Shown: positions 39,746 to 49,040, numbered from the stretch's first letter. The stretch is 64,000 nt of DNA from an uncultured virus (IMG/VR IMGVR_UViG_3300032607_001790) (IMGVR_UViG_3300032607_001790), one strand, 5' to 3'. Made by a program: numbers and translations. Notes: generated from the sequence alone by a model not told the origin.

Positions 39746-40462
39746 ATTTACGTTTGAAGTTTCAAAAAAACTAATCATCCTGCTAGCGCGAGATTCTGCC
39801 ATATCAGGAGCTTTACCTTCCCAGAACAAACGCTTTGAACGATCCATCCAAGCATCCTTATCTAACCATTTATCATCACTTTTTCCTAGATCTTCAAATA
39901 ACCATGCTGCTGTAGCAGCACGAAGTTTATTTAGGCTTTCAGAGTCTTTTTCATTTAATTCCTTAGCAACAAGTCCATGCACCCCACAGTGGATTTGCTC
40001 ATCCCTTGAGATATCGGCTGATACTGTTCTCATGCCAATATTACCATTAAAGCGAAAAAATGGTAATGCAACAAAGAAAACCGAACGCTCTATAATTGCA
40101 ACTTTATGAATTGGGTGGGCGGGATGTTCCATCCATACTTTTAAAATATTCATTACTTCACTTTCAGCTTTAGCACTTGTGCCATAAGCTTGCGCTACAT
40201 AATTCAACGCCTCATCATGACGTTCTTCGTCTTTCTGGTTTGAATGTAATGCTTCTATGATTCCAGGCGTAGATGGTAAATCACGCTGTAAGCCTTGCTC
40301 TAGTAAATCTTTTACAGGCAGTTCAATATGCCTTAAAGCAAGCGCTTTATACAATGTAGCTTCAGCTCCTTTCTTAACTGGTGCATCATCTACTGGAGTG
40401 GCTTGCCACGAGCGCTTCTTAGCAATCATTTGCAGATAGGGACTGCGAATTGTAGTCGTCAT
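39722..40462 (-). CDS. nrdB: Ribonucleotide reductase class I beta subunit, compact cyanophage type
   Basis: Ferritin-like DEERH and DEQIH motifs, FFETS C-terminus, downstream of the alpha gene. Confidence 0.85.
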   Translation of the reverse strand: MTTTIRSPYLQMIAKKRSWQATPVDDAPVKKGAEATLYKALALRHIELPVKDLLEQGLQRDLPSTPGIIEALHSNQKDEERHDEALNYVAQAYGTSAKAESEVMNILKVWMEHPAHPIHKVAIIERSVFFVALPFFRFNGNIGMRTVSADISRDEQIHCGVHGLVAKELNEKDSESLNKLRAATAAWLFEDLGKSDDKWLDKDAWMDRSKRLFWEGKAPDMAESRASRMISFFETSNVNLPAYSAA

Positions 40463-40505
40463 TTGTTTTCAGTGAAAAGGATAAAATTAACAATGGGAAA
40501 GAGAA

Positions 40506-41958
40506 TTATTCGGCGCAACTACTACAAAAATTAGTAACCTTTTCAAATGAAACAATTGCTTCATCTTCATCGCTTGAATCGTTCAAACCAAACATATCCT
40601 TGAAATCGTCATCTAATGCCGCATAGGCATCATCTTTCCGTTGCGTGTCCGAAAGGACTTGCAAAGAATAGTACAAACTGGTCTGTGATGATTCTAGCCA
40701 ATTTGCCAAGAAGTCACGATCATAAACCACCATATCACTCCAGCTATTGAAGCTATAACCATGAAATAATCCTGAATATTCGTATAAAGTAGCAATGCCA
40801 TTTACCACTTTACAATAATTCTCCCAGCCCACTTCTTCAGCCGTTTCAACATTACCATAATCAAAGCTTTCTACACCAAACGTGCCAGAATCACGATCCA
40901 CTAAACGAGCAATGGGAGGAGCAATTTCTGGGGCAGTAGTAAAACCACTTTTATCTAAATAACGATACGAACATGAAGCAGTAGGAGCAATAGCAAAAGC
41001 ACGGTCCATTAAATAGCATTGTGCCATTAAAGAAGCATCTGTAATTGCAGCCGATAGTTCAATTACAATTTTACCTGCTGTCGTATCACGCCATACATCA
41101 GCCCATGGCAATAAATCCTTATTCAACCATGCCGTTAAAGCGTCGCCAAAATCTTTATACGATACCTGTTGTGCAGCTAAGAAATTAGCTAAACCAATCA
41201 TGCCCAGGCCAACTTGCCTATCTTTTGCAGGAGAAAGATATTCGCCAGTGCTATCAACTTGAGTGGTGGAATGCAATTGGCATAATTGTTCCATGCCATC
41301 GACAAATGTTGTTCTAATTTCATTAATTTCACAAGCGCCCATATTTACATGCTGCAGCAAACAAGTGCCACGATGGGGCAAATACACTTCTAGGCAAACA
41401 TTAGCATAAATGCGTTTTCCATCTTCGTCATAACGTATTTTGTTTAACCAAAGATCGCCAGAACTAATCTTTTGTAATGCAGCATCAATCAATTCAGGAG
41501 AAGAATTTATCAGAAAATCCTCATCTACATTTAAGCAACGCTTTACCCATGGTAATTCTTGCCTGCTAGCAGTTATAAACTCAATGGCATCAGGATGATT
41601 GTAATCTAAATGTAATACTACCGCGCCGTTTTTAAAGATTCCACCACGACGCAATATTTCGTTCAATGATGAATAAATCTTACCAAAACTTACAGGACCA
41701 CTTGCAACTAAGCCTTTACCATTTGCATTGCCTTTACCACGGAGCTTCGACAGGTGCACTGCAACACCAGCACCATTTCGTAGCCCATGGGATACAAACC
41801 TCCAGGACTGTTCAATGCCGTTAGGGCCTTCCATGGCATCTTCTACCACGAATACGGTGCAACTCACTGGCAATCGGCCTTCAGGGCTCTCTAACCAGCT
41901 TTCTACCCTTCCTGTGCGAGCAATCTTTTCACGCTTTGCATTTTCTTTCAGCTTCATG
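40506..41958 (-). CDS. nrdA: Ribonucleotide reductase class I alpha subunit, very short cyanophage type (probable start MKLKEN)
   Basis: PVSC, NVCLE, CLL, APTASCS, TSLYY and C-terminal CSSCAE. Confidence 0.9.
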
Positions 41959-42039
41959 AGACGACGAAGCCCGCACTCGGCGGGCTGTAATGAGAACACT
42001 GCCTAGTCTAGCCCCTTAAGAGGCCGCTTCAACATGATT

Positions 42040-42420
42040 TCATGATTCGTCGTCGTCTCTCACTATTGGTTCAATGTAATCAGCAAACATATCACGCATA
42101 ACGTCATGAGTTTCATTGGGCTCAACATATCCATTAGTATTCAATTCCTTTTCTATCCATTTATAAATTGCTTGGAATATCAATAATGTCGTATCATCTG
42201 AATCATGTTCCATATTATCAATTAAATCAAATACTGTCTTCCATATCGATTGCTGCGCTTGATTCGTTTCGTCAATGGCAATTAAATAACCAAATGCTGC
42301 TGCAACAGATTTGCTTTGCGCATGTTCGCACATTTCAAAACGGTCCCTTAATGCAGTGAATGTATCGGGATCATCAAATACATATTTTGTCACAAGTTTC
42401 AAGAATTGCGAAGATGTCAT
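42040..42420 (-). CDS. Hypothetical acidic protein
   Basis: ORF track, ccATG start. Confidence 0.55.
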   Translation of the reverse strand: MTSSQFLKLVTKYVFDDPDTFTALRDRFEMCEHAQSKSVAAAFGYLIAIDETNQAQQSIWKTVFDLIDNMEHDSDDTTLLIFQAIYKWIEKELNTNGYVEPNETHDVMRDMFADYIEPIVRDDDES

Positions 42421-42437
42421 GGAAACAAAAGAAATGG

Positions 42438-42680
42438 TTACCAGTCAGGATAGGAGGCTCCAGGTATAAAGTCAAGCGCTTGATCAATGGTAAAATCAAT
42501 TAAATCTGCTTGATAACCATTATATTTTGCGCCAGAAGCTTTCCATAGACAAGGATTAACTGGTTGCAAACGCTCGCGTAATTCAACAATTGCTTTCTTG
42601 AAATAACGACTAGCACCTACTTTTAATTGCCATCGTTGTGTGACGACGATAACGGTGTCTTCTGGTTCGTAATAAGTCAT
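42438..42680 (-). CDS. Hypothetical protein
   Basis: ORF track, ccATG start. Confidence 0.5.
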   Translation of the reverse strand: MTYYEPEDTVIVVTQRWQLKVGASRYFKKAIVELRERLQPVNPCLWKASGAKYNGYQADLIDFTIDQALDFIPGASYPDW

Positions 42681-43235
42681 GGCTAATCATAAAGCATGAA
42701 GCTGAAACGTAAAACTTGATCAAATCTTAAGAAATTCTGTAGTTTTTTGCTTTTTCGGTCGAAAACACTAGGTTTTCTTGATGGGCCTAATAACTTTAAT
42801 GAGACTGCGATATACGATAGGTAAAGACCCTGCTCATGGTTACGAACATGACAAGGTTTTGTAGCATGTAGCAACGCGCTGCCTCTGCTAGCCGCTACGA
42901 GAAGGAGCCCCCCAGGCGTACATTCCAAGCGGCTCTGCTTCATTGTTCTTTTCTTAAGGAGCCTTACGAGCAAAGCCCTAGCGAATACATTCCCAAGGCT
43001 CCTTCTTCATATTCTTTGGCGAGAGCATTTGAAGCCGCTGATATAGTACCCTGCTTGCACCAGACTAAAAAATATTTATTTATATAATAAAAGAAGAAGA
43101 AGGACGCAATGATTTACGCTCTTTGGGAGCTACCTTCGCGATGCGTCCAAAACAATGGAAGGAAAGTGCAATTATTACACTTTAGTGACCTCACAAGGCT
43201 CGTAAAGGCGCGATTGTTCGGTCAGTCGCCATTGA

Positions 43236-43266
43236 CCGCGCAAGTGCCGCGCAAGTACCGCGCAAG
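43236..43266. repeat. 3 x CCGCGCAAG at 11-bp period
   Basis: Copies at 43236, 43247 and 43258. Confidence 0.85.
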
Positions 43267-43581
43267 ATACGAGCATGTTTGTAAACTTACGAGCACCGTA
43301 GTAAATAGCCGTAAAGTAACTAAATGACGGTTATTGAGAATACAAGTAAAACGAAAAAGTCGATGAAAAAGTTGGTCGCTTTTGGAAGGGGTACCCCCGA
43401 CACCCCAACCCTAGGACACCCGTACTACTGCTCTACATCAGCATTGCTAATATAAGGATTCCTGATATAACGCTAGCGTTGTTATTATTTAGTGGTGGAT
43501 AATTGTTGTTATTTAGGCTAAATTTCTCTCTGCACACTTAAAGCCATTATAATAACTGAATTATAAGGGCCATGTATAGAT

Positions 43582-43725
43582 TCAGCCTAGGAAACAACGC
43601 AATAACAATAAGCCCTCATTTATAGCCCATAACCTAGCTAAATTTAGCGCATCATCTGAGCTATTAGCTTCCATCGAGATAGATTCACTCCCAAAGGTGT
43701 GAATTATAGTTACTGAGTAAACCAT
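43582..43725 (-). CDS. Small 47-aa ORF (MVYSVTIIHTFG...) not in ORF track
   Basis: TAATG stop/start overlap with the upstream gene. Confidence 0.55.
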   Translation of the reverse strand: MVYSVTIIHTFGSESISMEANSSDDALNLARLWAINEGLLLLRCFLG

Positions 43726-44333
43726 TATCCCCCCCCCTCTTTAATCATCCGTCGCCAAGCTATCCAGGTAATGGCTTGAATCTGTGCGGGAGTATAATCA
43801 GCGCTTAAGATTAAGTTAATCTTATCCGTAGCGAGCTCATAATCAGCAACAATTAAGCTATAAATCTTAGGAGTTATTTTAGGTGTTTTAGTTGTTGGTA
43901 TATAGTGACCTTGCCAAATAGCGTAAGCGTGCCCATCAACGCAGACATCATCCTGGCCAATAATGCAACCATAGAAGGCTCTTACTTTAAGACCTCCCAA
44001 TATATCTAACGGTTCCGCACCGTTTAAGATACTTAGCGCCTTTGTTTTATTATTATTATAAGTAGCAACTTTAATTGTATTAGCTAACTCTAAACCACCG
44101 GTAGAGTAAGCTCTAACCAGGGAATCAGCGTCTATTAGGTTACGATTCCAACGATTATTTGGTGAGAGGGCTGCTATCACTCCCGCTGCAGCGCTTAAGG
44201 GTATTTGGTAACGACTAGCCAGTACTGCAGCAGCTTGGTTAGCCACTAGATACCACTGCGCACCATTGATTCTTTCGAGATCCGTAGCATTTAAAAACAC
44301 GGCTAGGATATTTCCATAGGTGATAGGAACCAT
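43725..44333 (-). CDS. Phage protein with HhH-glycosylase-like motifs
   Basis: WY..A, GVIAALSPNNRW, GLKVRAFY, CVDGHA (compare EndoIII K and VDTH) and QIQAITW. Confidence 0.5.
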   Translation of the reverse strand: MVPITYGNILAVFLNATDLERINGAQWYLVANQAAAVLASRYQIPLSAAAGVIAALSPNNRWNRNLIDADSLVRAYSTGGLELANTIKVATYNNNKTKALSILNGAEPLDILGGLKVRAFYGCIIGQDDVCVDGHAYAIWQGHYIPTTKTPKITPKIYSLIVADYELATDKINLILSADYTPAQIQAITWIAWRRMIKEGGG

Positions 44334-44878
44334 TACTTTACCCTCCCAACTTTTAAGTTATTTTTTTTAATGGGAAATAATTCAACGTGCTTAACTAATT
44401 TCTGAACTGGAAAGGATCCCGTATGTATTCTTACTGCAGCTTGCATAACTATTTCTGAGAATAGAAGCCAGTGAATAAAAGCCGGAGCTGTTTTTTTAGC
44501 CTCTCTAAATGCAATTATTTCGCCGGGCAAGGTGGAATCAGCACTTGCTCTTATATGATGCCAATCATGCAGAGCTCTAAATCTTAGATTTTGCCCCTTA
44601 GTCAACAATGCAGTATTTGGCTCATTATGCTCGCTACTTATAAATAATACGTTGAACCGCTTAAATATTTTTTTACACTTATCTAGGCTCACTGGTTTAG
44701 CCGTGAAATACACGGCAACAGGAATACAAAAGAACTCGAGCTCTAACCAGGAGTGAAAGATTTCAAGCTCCAAAGAGCTTGGAGTCACGTTGGAAGATAT
44801 AGACCATTGATCAGCCAGCTCAGCGGCGGAGGGATCAGCCTCGCCCATTAAGCCATTAAATGCATCGTGAAAGGTCAT
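44333..44878 (-). CDS. Putative metal-binding enzyme (FRALHDWHH...GE motif)
   Basis: N..FRA.HD..H...GE...SE motif. Zincin-like by inference. Confidence 0.45.
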   Translation of the reverse strand: MTFHDAFNGLMGEADPSAAELADQWSISSNVTPSSLELEIFHSWLELEFFCIPVAVYFTAKPVSLDKCKKIFKRFNVLFISSEHNEPNTALLTKGQNLRFRALHDWHHIRASADSTLPGEIIAFREAKKTAPAFIHWLLFSEIVMQAAVRIHTGSFPVQKLVKHVELFPIKKNNLKVGRVK

Positions 44879-45162
44879 CGGTTCAGAACAAGGGGAGCAG
44901 CCTCTCGGCTACCCGCCAAATATAGATCGTTTAAGCCACTAAAAATAGGAATCAGCCAATCGATTAGCAGCGCTGATTGAAACACCTGATAAAGGCCACT
45001 GATAAGGGCCTATGCTTATAGGTGAGCTATATAGGCTCAAACCATAGGCTCAGATTATCGCTCAGAATAAAGAGAGAATATTCAAGCTTAAGCGAAATAA
45101 CAATTAAGCGCCGATTGGTTGGGTATAGCTTGCGTGTATAGATTAATCAATCTATTGTTAAG

Positions 45163-45300
45163 GTGAAACAGTGTTGTTCATCAGTGTGAAACAGTGTTGT
45201 TCATCAGTGTGAAACAGTGTTACCAATTAAGGTGAAACAGTATTGTTTGTTAGTGTGAAACAACAGTGTTTATTAGTGTGAAACAGTATTGTTTGTTTAC
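45163..45300. repeat. 6 x 23-bp tandem units with invariant GTGAAACA
   Basis: Core at 45163, 45186, 45209, 45232, 45255 and 45278. Confidence 0.95.
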
Positions 45301-45468
45301 TATTATTTAACGCTGTATAATAAGTATTATTCAACGCTGTATATTTATTATCATTTAACGCTGTATATTTATTATTATTTAGTACTATTTAATAAGTATT
45401 ATTTAGTACTGTATATTTATTATTATTTAGCGCTGTTTAATTAGAATTATTTAATATTGTTTAATTAC
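45301..45468. repeat. 7 x 24-bp AT-rich tandem units (TATTATTTAACGCTGTATATTTAT-like)
   Basis: Units start at 45301, 45325, 45349, 45373, 45397, 45421 and 45445. Confidence 0.9.
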
Positions 45469-45477
45469 TAATACGTA

Positions 45478-45525
45478 ATACAAAGCTAGCTAGACCCTAT
45501 ACAAAGCTAGCTAGACCCTATACAA
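45478..45525. repeat. 2.3 x 21-bp exact repeat ATACAAAGCTAGCTAGACCCT
   Basis: Copies at 45478-45498 and 45499-45519, partial copy at 45520-45525. Confidence 0.95.
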
Positions 45526-45559
45526 GACTGGCCTTTTCTAATACCGCAGCAGCCGGGCC

Positions 45560-46015
45560 TCACCAGCCATCACCAGCTTGCGCAGCAGCAACTGCAGCAT
45601 CTTCCGACCCATGCGAACTTCTTAAGATAGTTGATACTGCTACATTATCATTAACATCAACAACTTCAAGGCAACAATCATTGATCTTAAAAAATGCTAA
45701 TTGACGAAACAATTGCGCAACCAAAATAATATCATTAATAGTTGGTCCGCTAATAGCCCAGCTCACTTCTTCCCAATCTTCATTAACAGAATACCCAACC
45801 ACTTCTGTGATTATTGCATCTGGAAATTCAGAGCGAAGATAGCCATGCAACAAGTTATGATAAAGGCGATTATATTTATGGCTTGCAAGTTTGCCATGTG
45901 GATTGCAACCAGTGATTACATAAGCTGGATAATTAAATTGAGACTTTATTTGTTTATCTTTCCAACAAAGCTTTGATGCAGCAAACTTTTGCCAAATTGT
46001 AACAGTAGAAGTCAT
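45560..46015 (-). CDS. DUF3293-like protein
   Basis: AYVITGCNPHG..S...N....L...L..G....W.E.S..A..F.Q.A motif. Confidence 0.7.
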   Translation of the reverse strand: MTSTVTIWQKFAASKLCWKDKQIKSQFNYPAYVITGCNPHGKLASHKYNRLYHNLLHGYLRSEFPDAIITEVVGYSVNEDWEEVSWAISGPTINDIILVAQLFRQLAFFKINDCCLEVVDVNDNVAVSTILRSSHGSEDAAVAAAQAGDGW

Positions 46016-46048
46016 GATAAAAGAAAAGCAATAAACAACTTTTAAAAA

Positions 46049-46168
46049 TTAAGCATTCCTCTCAGCAGCGGATAGGGCAGAAGACGATGGGTCAAACAAT
46101 TGTTCTTCGTCATCATTATCTTCTTCTTCGTGATAATCGTAATTCTCGTCGCTGTCAAAATAGTTCAT
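46049..46168 (-). CDS. 39-aa highly acidic peptide not in ORF track
   Basis: ATGA overlap with the upstream stop. MNYFDSDENYDYHEEEDNDDEEQLFDPSSSALSAAERNA. Confidence 0.6.
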   Translation of the reverse strand: MNYFDSDENYDYHEEEDNDDEEQLFDPSSSALSAAERNA

Positions 46169-46473
46169 GCTGCCCTCTGTAGTTTTGCTACGGTCATTGC
46201 AAAAGTTTGAGGAGATCGCCCACTAGGCCGCTTCAGCTCATAGCCATCGCGATCAACAATAGTATCGCCAGCACTATCTACGTGCCCCTCCAGTTCGCGA
46301 TCCCACATGCCAACGCAACGATCTTCATGAAACACTGCGATAGTGTCCTCGCCATCTTCCATGGCAAGGCGACAATGGGAAAGCAGTTCACTAAAACGAG
46401 CGGCTTGATAACTCATTACTGTGGCCCCATAGTAAGGGCCATTGTCTTTGTAAGTGCGAACGGTGCAGGTCAT
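46165..46473 (-). CDS. Hypothetical early-region protein
   Basis: ORF within the cassette array. Confidence 0.6.
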   Translation of the reverse strand: MTCTVRTYKDNGPYYGATVMSYQAARFSELLSHCRLAMEDGEDTIAVFHEDRCVGMWDRELEGHVDSAGDTIVDRDGYELKRPSGRSPQTFAMTVAKLQRAA

Positions 46474-46544
46474 GATTTTGAAACAATGGGAAAGAAATAG
46501 TTTTTAATAATGAAGGAGGGGCCTGATGGCCCCTTTGTGCAAGC

Positions 46545-46826
46545 TTATGCTGCTTGCTTTTGCCATTGCTCTATCATCCAGCGTTGACGGTCATCGGCAT
46601 TTTCAAATAATGCAATCGGTTCTTCAAGGCCAGGTCTAGTGCAAAAGAATTTACTGGTAATGCGCTGACCGGACTTTGCCTTGCGGAAGTCTGCTGTCCA
46701 TAGGTGAAAGCCCATGCAGGATGCTATAAGGCTTACTCTGCGCTCAGTGTTTACATTGCGGCAATCGCGCCACCACTGGCCCTGCGTGGATGAGAAGCTG
46801 CTGTTGTTGAAGGTGAGGCTGGTCAT
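46545..46826 (-). CDS. Hypothetical early-region protein (probable start MTSLTF)
   Basis: ccATG start downstream of a promoter cassette. Confidence 0.55.
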   Translation of the reverse strand: MTSLTFNNSSFSSTQGQWWRDCRNVNTERRVSLIASCMGFHLWTADFRKAKSGQRITSKFFCTRPGLEEPIALFENADDRQRWMIEQWQKQAA

Positions 46827-46867
46827 GGCTTTGAGAAGGGAGAAAGGTGGGCTTGCGACTACTTTAT

Positions 46868-46911
46868 AAGCTATTAAGTGGCCTAATGGCAACGTTGTAA
46901 CAAGTTTTACA
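46868..46911 (-). promoter_or_regulatory. NtcA-like promoter: GTA-N8-TAC (46897-46910, flanked as TGTA/TACA), 23 nt, TAGCTT
   Basis: Matches the known cyanobacterial NtcA class II architecture GTAN8TAC-N22/23-TAN3T. Confidence 0.5.
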
Positions 46912-47164
46912 ATTGGTCAAAGATGCCAGCAACCATCTCACCAGCATATGCCTGAGCCTCGCGAAGCTGATCGAGGGCTTCATCGCGCTCGCTGCGAGCT
47001 TGGTAATAGGCACCATTAGCCTGAGGGTAGTAATCCCTGGCATTTAACGTAGTAGCAGCTAACGCATCAATAGCTTTACCAATGGCATGGTATGCAGCAG
47101 TGTATTCCTGCTCTAAATCAGTTTTGCTGGTGCCGTTGAGGTGAAGCGTGGGAAAAGTTGCCAT
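46907..47164 (-). CDS. Hypothetical early-region protein
   Basis: PTLHLNGTS...NARDYYPQ ORF with its own promoter cassette. Confidence 0.65.
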   Translation of the reverse strand: MATFPTLHLNGTSKTDLEQEYTAAYHAIGKAIDALAATTLNARDYYPQANGAYYQARSERDEALDQLREAQAYAGEMVAGIFDQL

Positions 47165-47238
47165 GGTGGTAAAGCAAAGGGGAAGCTCGCGCCTCGTGAA
47201 AAAAGAATAAATGATTGTGGGGCCTAGTGGCCCCTGGT

Positions 47239-47256
47239 GTCACAAAACTTTACAAA
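47239..47256. promoter_or_regulatory. HLR1 (RpaB)-like direct repeat GTCACAAA-AC-TTTACAAA
   Basis: Fits (G/T)TTACA(T/A)(T/A)-N2 repeat. Equivalent sites at 47802-47819 and, weaker, 49099-49116. Confidence 0.5.
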
Positions 47257-47518
47257 CTGCTTCCATTAGTTGCTTTTGGCTAACTCGCTTGCCATTAACG
47301 TTCCATGATGTATTTCGGCTTAATTTGCTATTTATGCAACGATTAGAAATGGTGCAATTAATTTCTTTCCCATTGAACTCTTCTGATGCCTGGCCATAGC
47401 CTGAATTACGATGGGCAACATAAGCCTGATCGTAAAGCTTGCCGGTGAGAACAAAAGCATCTGCGTAAAGCTCATGAGCCCCTACTGCTAATAATTGATC
47501 CTTGGAAAGATATTTCAT
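47240..47518 (-). CDS. Hypothetical early-region protein
   Basis: ORF track. Confidence 0.55.
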   Translation of the reverse strand: MKYLSKDQLLAVGAHELYADAFVLTGKLYDQAYVAHRNSGYGQASEEFNGKEINCTISNRCINSKLSRNTSWNVNGKRVSQKQLMEAVCKVL

Positions 47519-47520
47519 GA

Positions 47521-47727
47521 TTAGTTAATAACGATGTGGTGGCTGGTGTTAGTGATGCGCAAATGGTTCAAGTAATCGTCGTATTTTTGTTGCCATTCGG
47601 CAGCAGTGTTGAAGAGCTTAATGAAATAGTCGGGATCAGGGCAGCCAGCAGCTAAGTAGCCGTTGACTGTTTCCAGCCAGAACTGCTGCTGCCTGGTTAC
47701 TTCGTCGCCGTAAGAAGAGAATGGCAT
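47521..47727 (-). CDS. Hypothetical early-region protein
   Basis: ccATG start after a leader hairpin. Confidence 0.5.
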   Translation of the reverse strand: MPFSSYGDEVTRQQQFWLETVNGYLAAGCPDPDYFIKLFNTAAEWQQKYDDYLNHLRITNTSHHIVIN

Positions 47728-47811
47728 GGGAGAAACTAAAGGTGAGGGCTCTCGCCCGTTGAAAGAATAGTAAACGATGGAGGGGCCTGATGGCCCCCTT
47801 TGTAACAGAAC

Positions 47812-48192
47812 TTAACAAAAAGTAGTGCGACCATTGGAATAGGCAAACCATTCCTTTTTTCCTTCGGGGGAGTCCTTGCTCAACGCTTGCCAGTGCTGAG
47901 GTAACTCTGCACTTTCGATGCGAGTGCCGGCAGGAACCTTAATCGAACCCATCATGGTGGAGATGCTCCATTGATCTACTACTGGCCCATTGATATACCA
48001 CGCTTTGCAGACGTGCAACAGGCCGTGAGTTTCTAATTGGCGAGGATTAACGGCACCAATACGCGCTTGAATAGGGAAAGGCTCGTGCCAATCAGGCAGG
48101 GTGATCAATAAAACAAGGCTATTTAGACCTTTGAATGCTGTGTAGGAATCAGCAGTGGTGAGCTGTTCAACTGTGTGATTAAGGCTGGCCAT
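47812..48192 (-). CDS. Hypothetical early-region protein
   Basis: ORF with its own promoter cassette. Confidence 0.6.
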   Translation of the reverse strand: MASLNHTVEQLTTADSYTAFKGLNSLVLLITLPDWHEPFPIQARIGAVNPRQLETHGLLHVCKAWYINGPVVDQWSISTMMGSIKVPAGTRIESAELPQHWQALSKDSPEGKKEWFAYSNGRTTFC

Positions 48193-48248
48193 GATTGTGA
48201 ATGCAACGGTGGTGGAAGCTCTCGCCTCCGTCCTTAAATTATTGCACT

Positions 48249-48276
48249 AAAAAAGCCAGGAAGCTGCTCCTGGCTG
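48249..48276 (-). terminator. Rho-independent terminator
   Basis: CAGCCAGGAGCAGCTTCCTGGCTTTTTT on the minus strand. Confidence 0.6.
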
Positions 48277-48299
48277 ATTAGCTTTACTTATTGAAACAA

Positions 48300-48485
48300 T
48301 TAGCGCGGAGGATCAGTGCCTGGTACGACTTTCCATCGTCTATTGGTGAACAAGGCTTTTAAGCCTTTTGCTTTTAGCTCTAGCTCTTGCTGAGAACCAT
48401 TACCGAAATGATGCCAAGTTCCAGCAGGATCGCGAGCCCATAATGAAAAGCCAGCATCTGGCCTAGTGGCAACTGCTGTGCTCAT
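48300..48485 (-). CDS. Hypothetical protein
   Basis: ATGA-coupled ORF. Confidence 0.5.
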   Translation of the reverse strand: MSTAVATRPDAGFSLWARDPAGTWHHFGNGSQQELELKAKGLKALFTNRRWKVVPGTDPPR

Positions 48486-48766
48486 AGCTGGAACTCCAAC
48501 ACTTGTCCTTTTGCTTTGATGCTTACCACCCGCTCACAATCAAACGAGCGCCATGCCCCGGCACCATCATTTTTAGCAATGGTGAAATCACGGCAGCGAA
48601 TGATTGCAGGATTCTTCAATGCATAGCCAGTGCCTTTAATTTCTTGGGCATCAAGGGGATTGAACTGCAAAGAGCGCTTATCGCCATTGGCCTTGATGAA
48701 ATTAACGCTGATAATGCTGCTGCCAGCATTGTGGATGAAGCTTTTGATGAGAGTGGTTTTGTCCAT
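48482..48766 (-). CDS. SH3/WYL-like beta-barrel protein (probable start MDKTT)
   Basis: SVNFIKANGDKR...D.....AWRSF..ERV motif. Confidence 0.65.
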   Translation of the reverse strand: MDKTTLIKSFIHNAGSSIISVNFIKANGDKRSLQFNPLDAQEIKGTGYALKNPAIIRCRDFTIAKNDGAGAWRSFDCERVVSIKAKGQVLEFQL

Positions 48767-48806
48767 GGTTTGATGGTGGTGGGATCTCGCCCGTGGTGGT
48801 GAATTA

Positions 48807-48861
48807 ATTATTGCCCATGAAGGGCAGAAAAGCAATGGCCTGAATGATCAGCTTTGCTTAT
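48807..48861 (-). promoter_or_regulatory. sigma70 promoter TTGCTT-N17-AATAAT with LysR-type box ATCAG-N5-CTTAT 11 nt upstream of -35
   Basis: Read from sequence. Same geometry at 54014-54068. Confidence 0.55.
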
Positions 48862-49040
48862 GGTGCAATTGTACTAGGAGCATAAGTGAGGCGGCAATAT
48901 CTATCGGGGTGGAGCAGTTGACAGGCAGCTAAACCGGGGAGATCATTTGCCGGGGGCTCCGGCACGATTAAGGCCAAACCAATCAAGCCAGCGGCAGCAC
49001 CTAACAGGACAATGGAAATGCGAACAGAAGGAATGTGCAT
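48858..49040 (-). CDS. Small membrane-anchored protein
   Basis: N-terminal hydrophobic helix, two Cys. Confidence 0.5.
   Translation of the reverse strand: MHIPSVRISIVLLGAAAGLIGLALIVPEPPANDLPGLAACQLLHPDRYCRLTYAPSTIAP

Noticed and set aside
42683..43327. ORFs 42683-42973 and 43109-43327 as genes
   Set aside because: Atypical composition, overlap with repeats, and no recognisable motif. Treated as probably non-coding.
45163..45468. CRISPR or mini-CRISPR array
   Set aside because: Constant core is only 8 bp, period is 23-24 bp, intervening sequences are similar to each other rather than unique spacers, and there are no cas genes.
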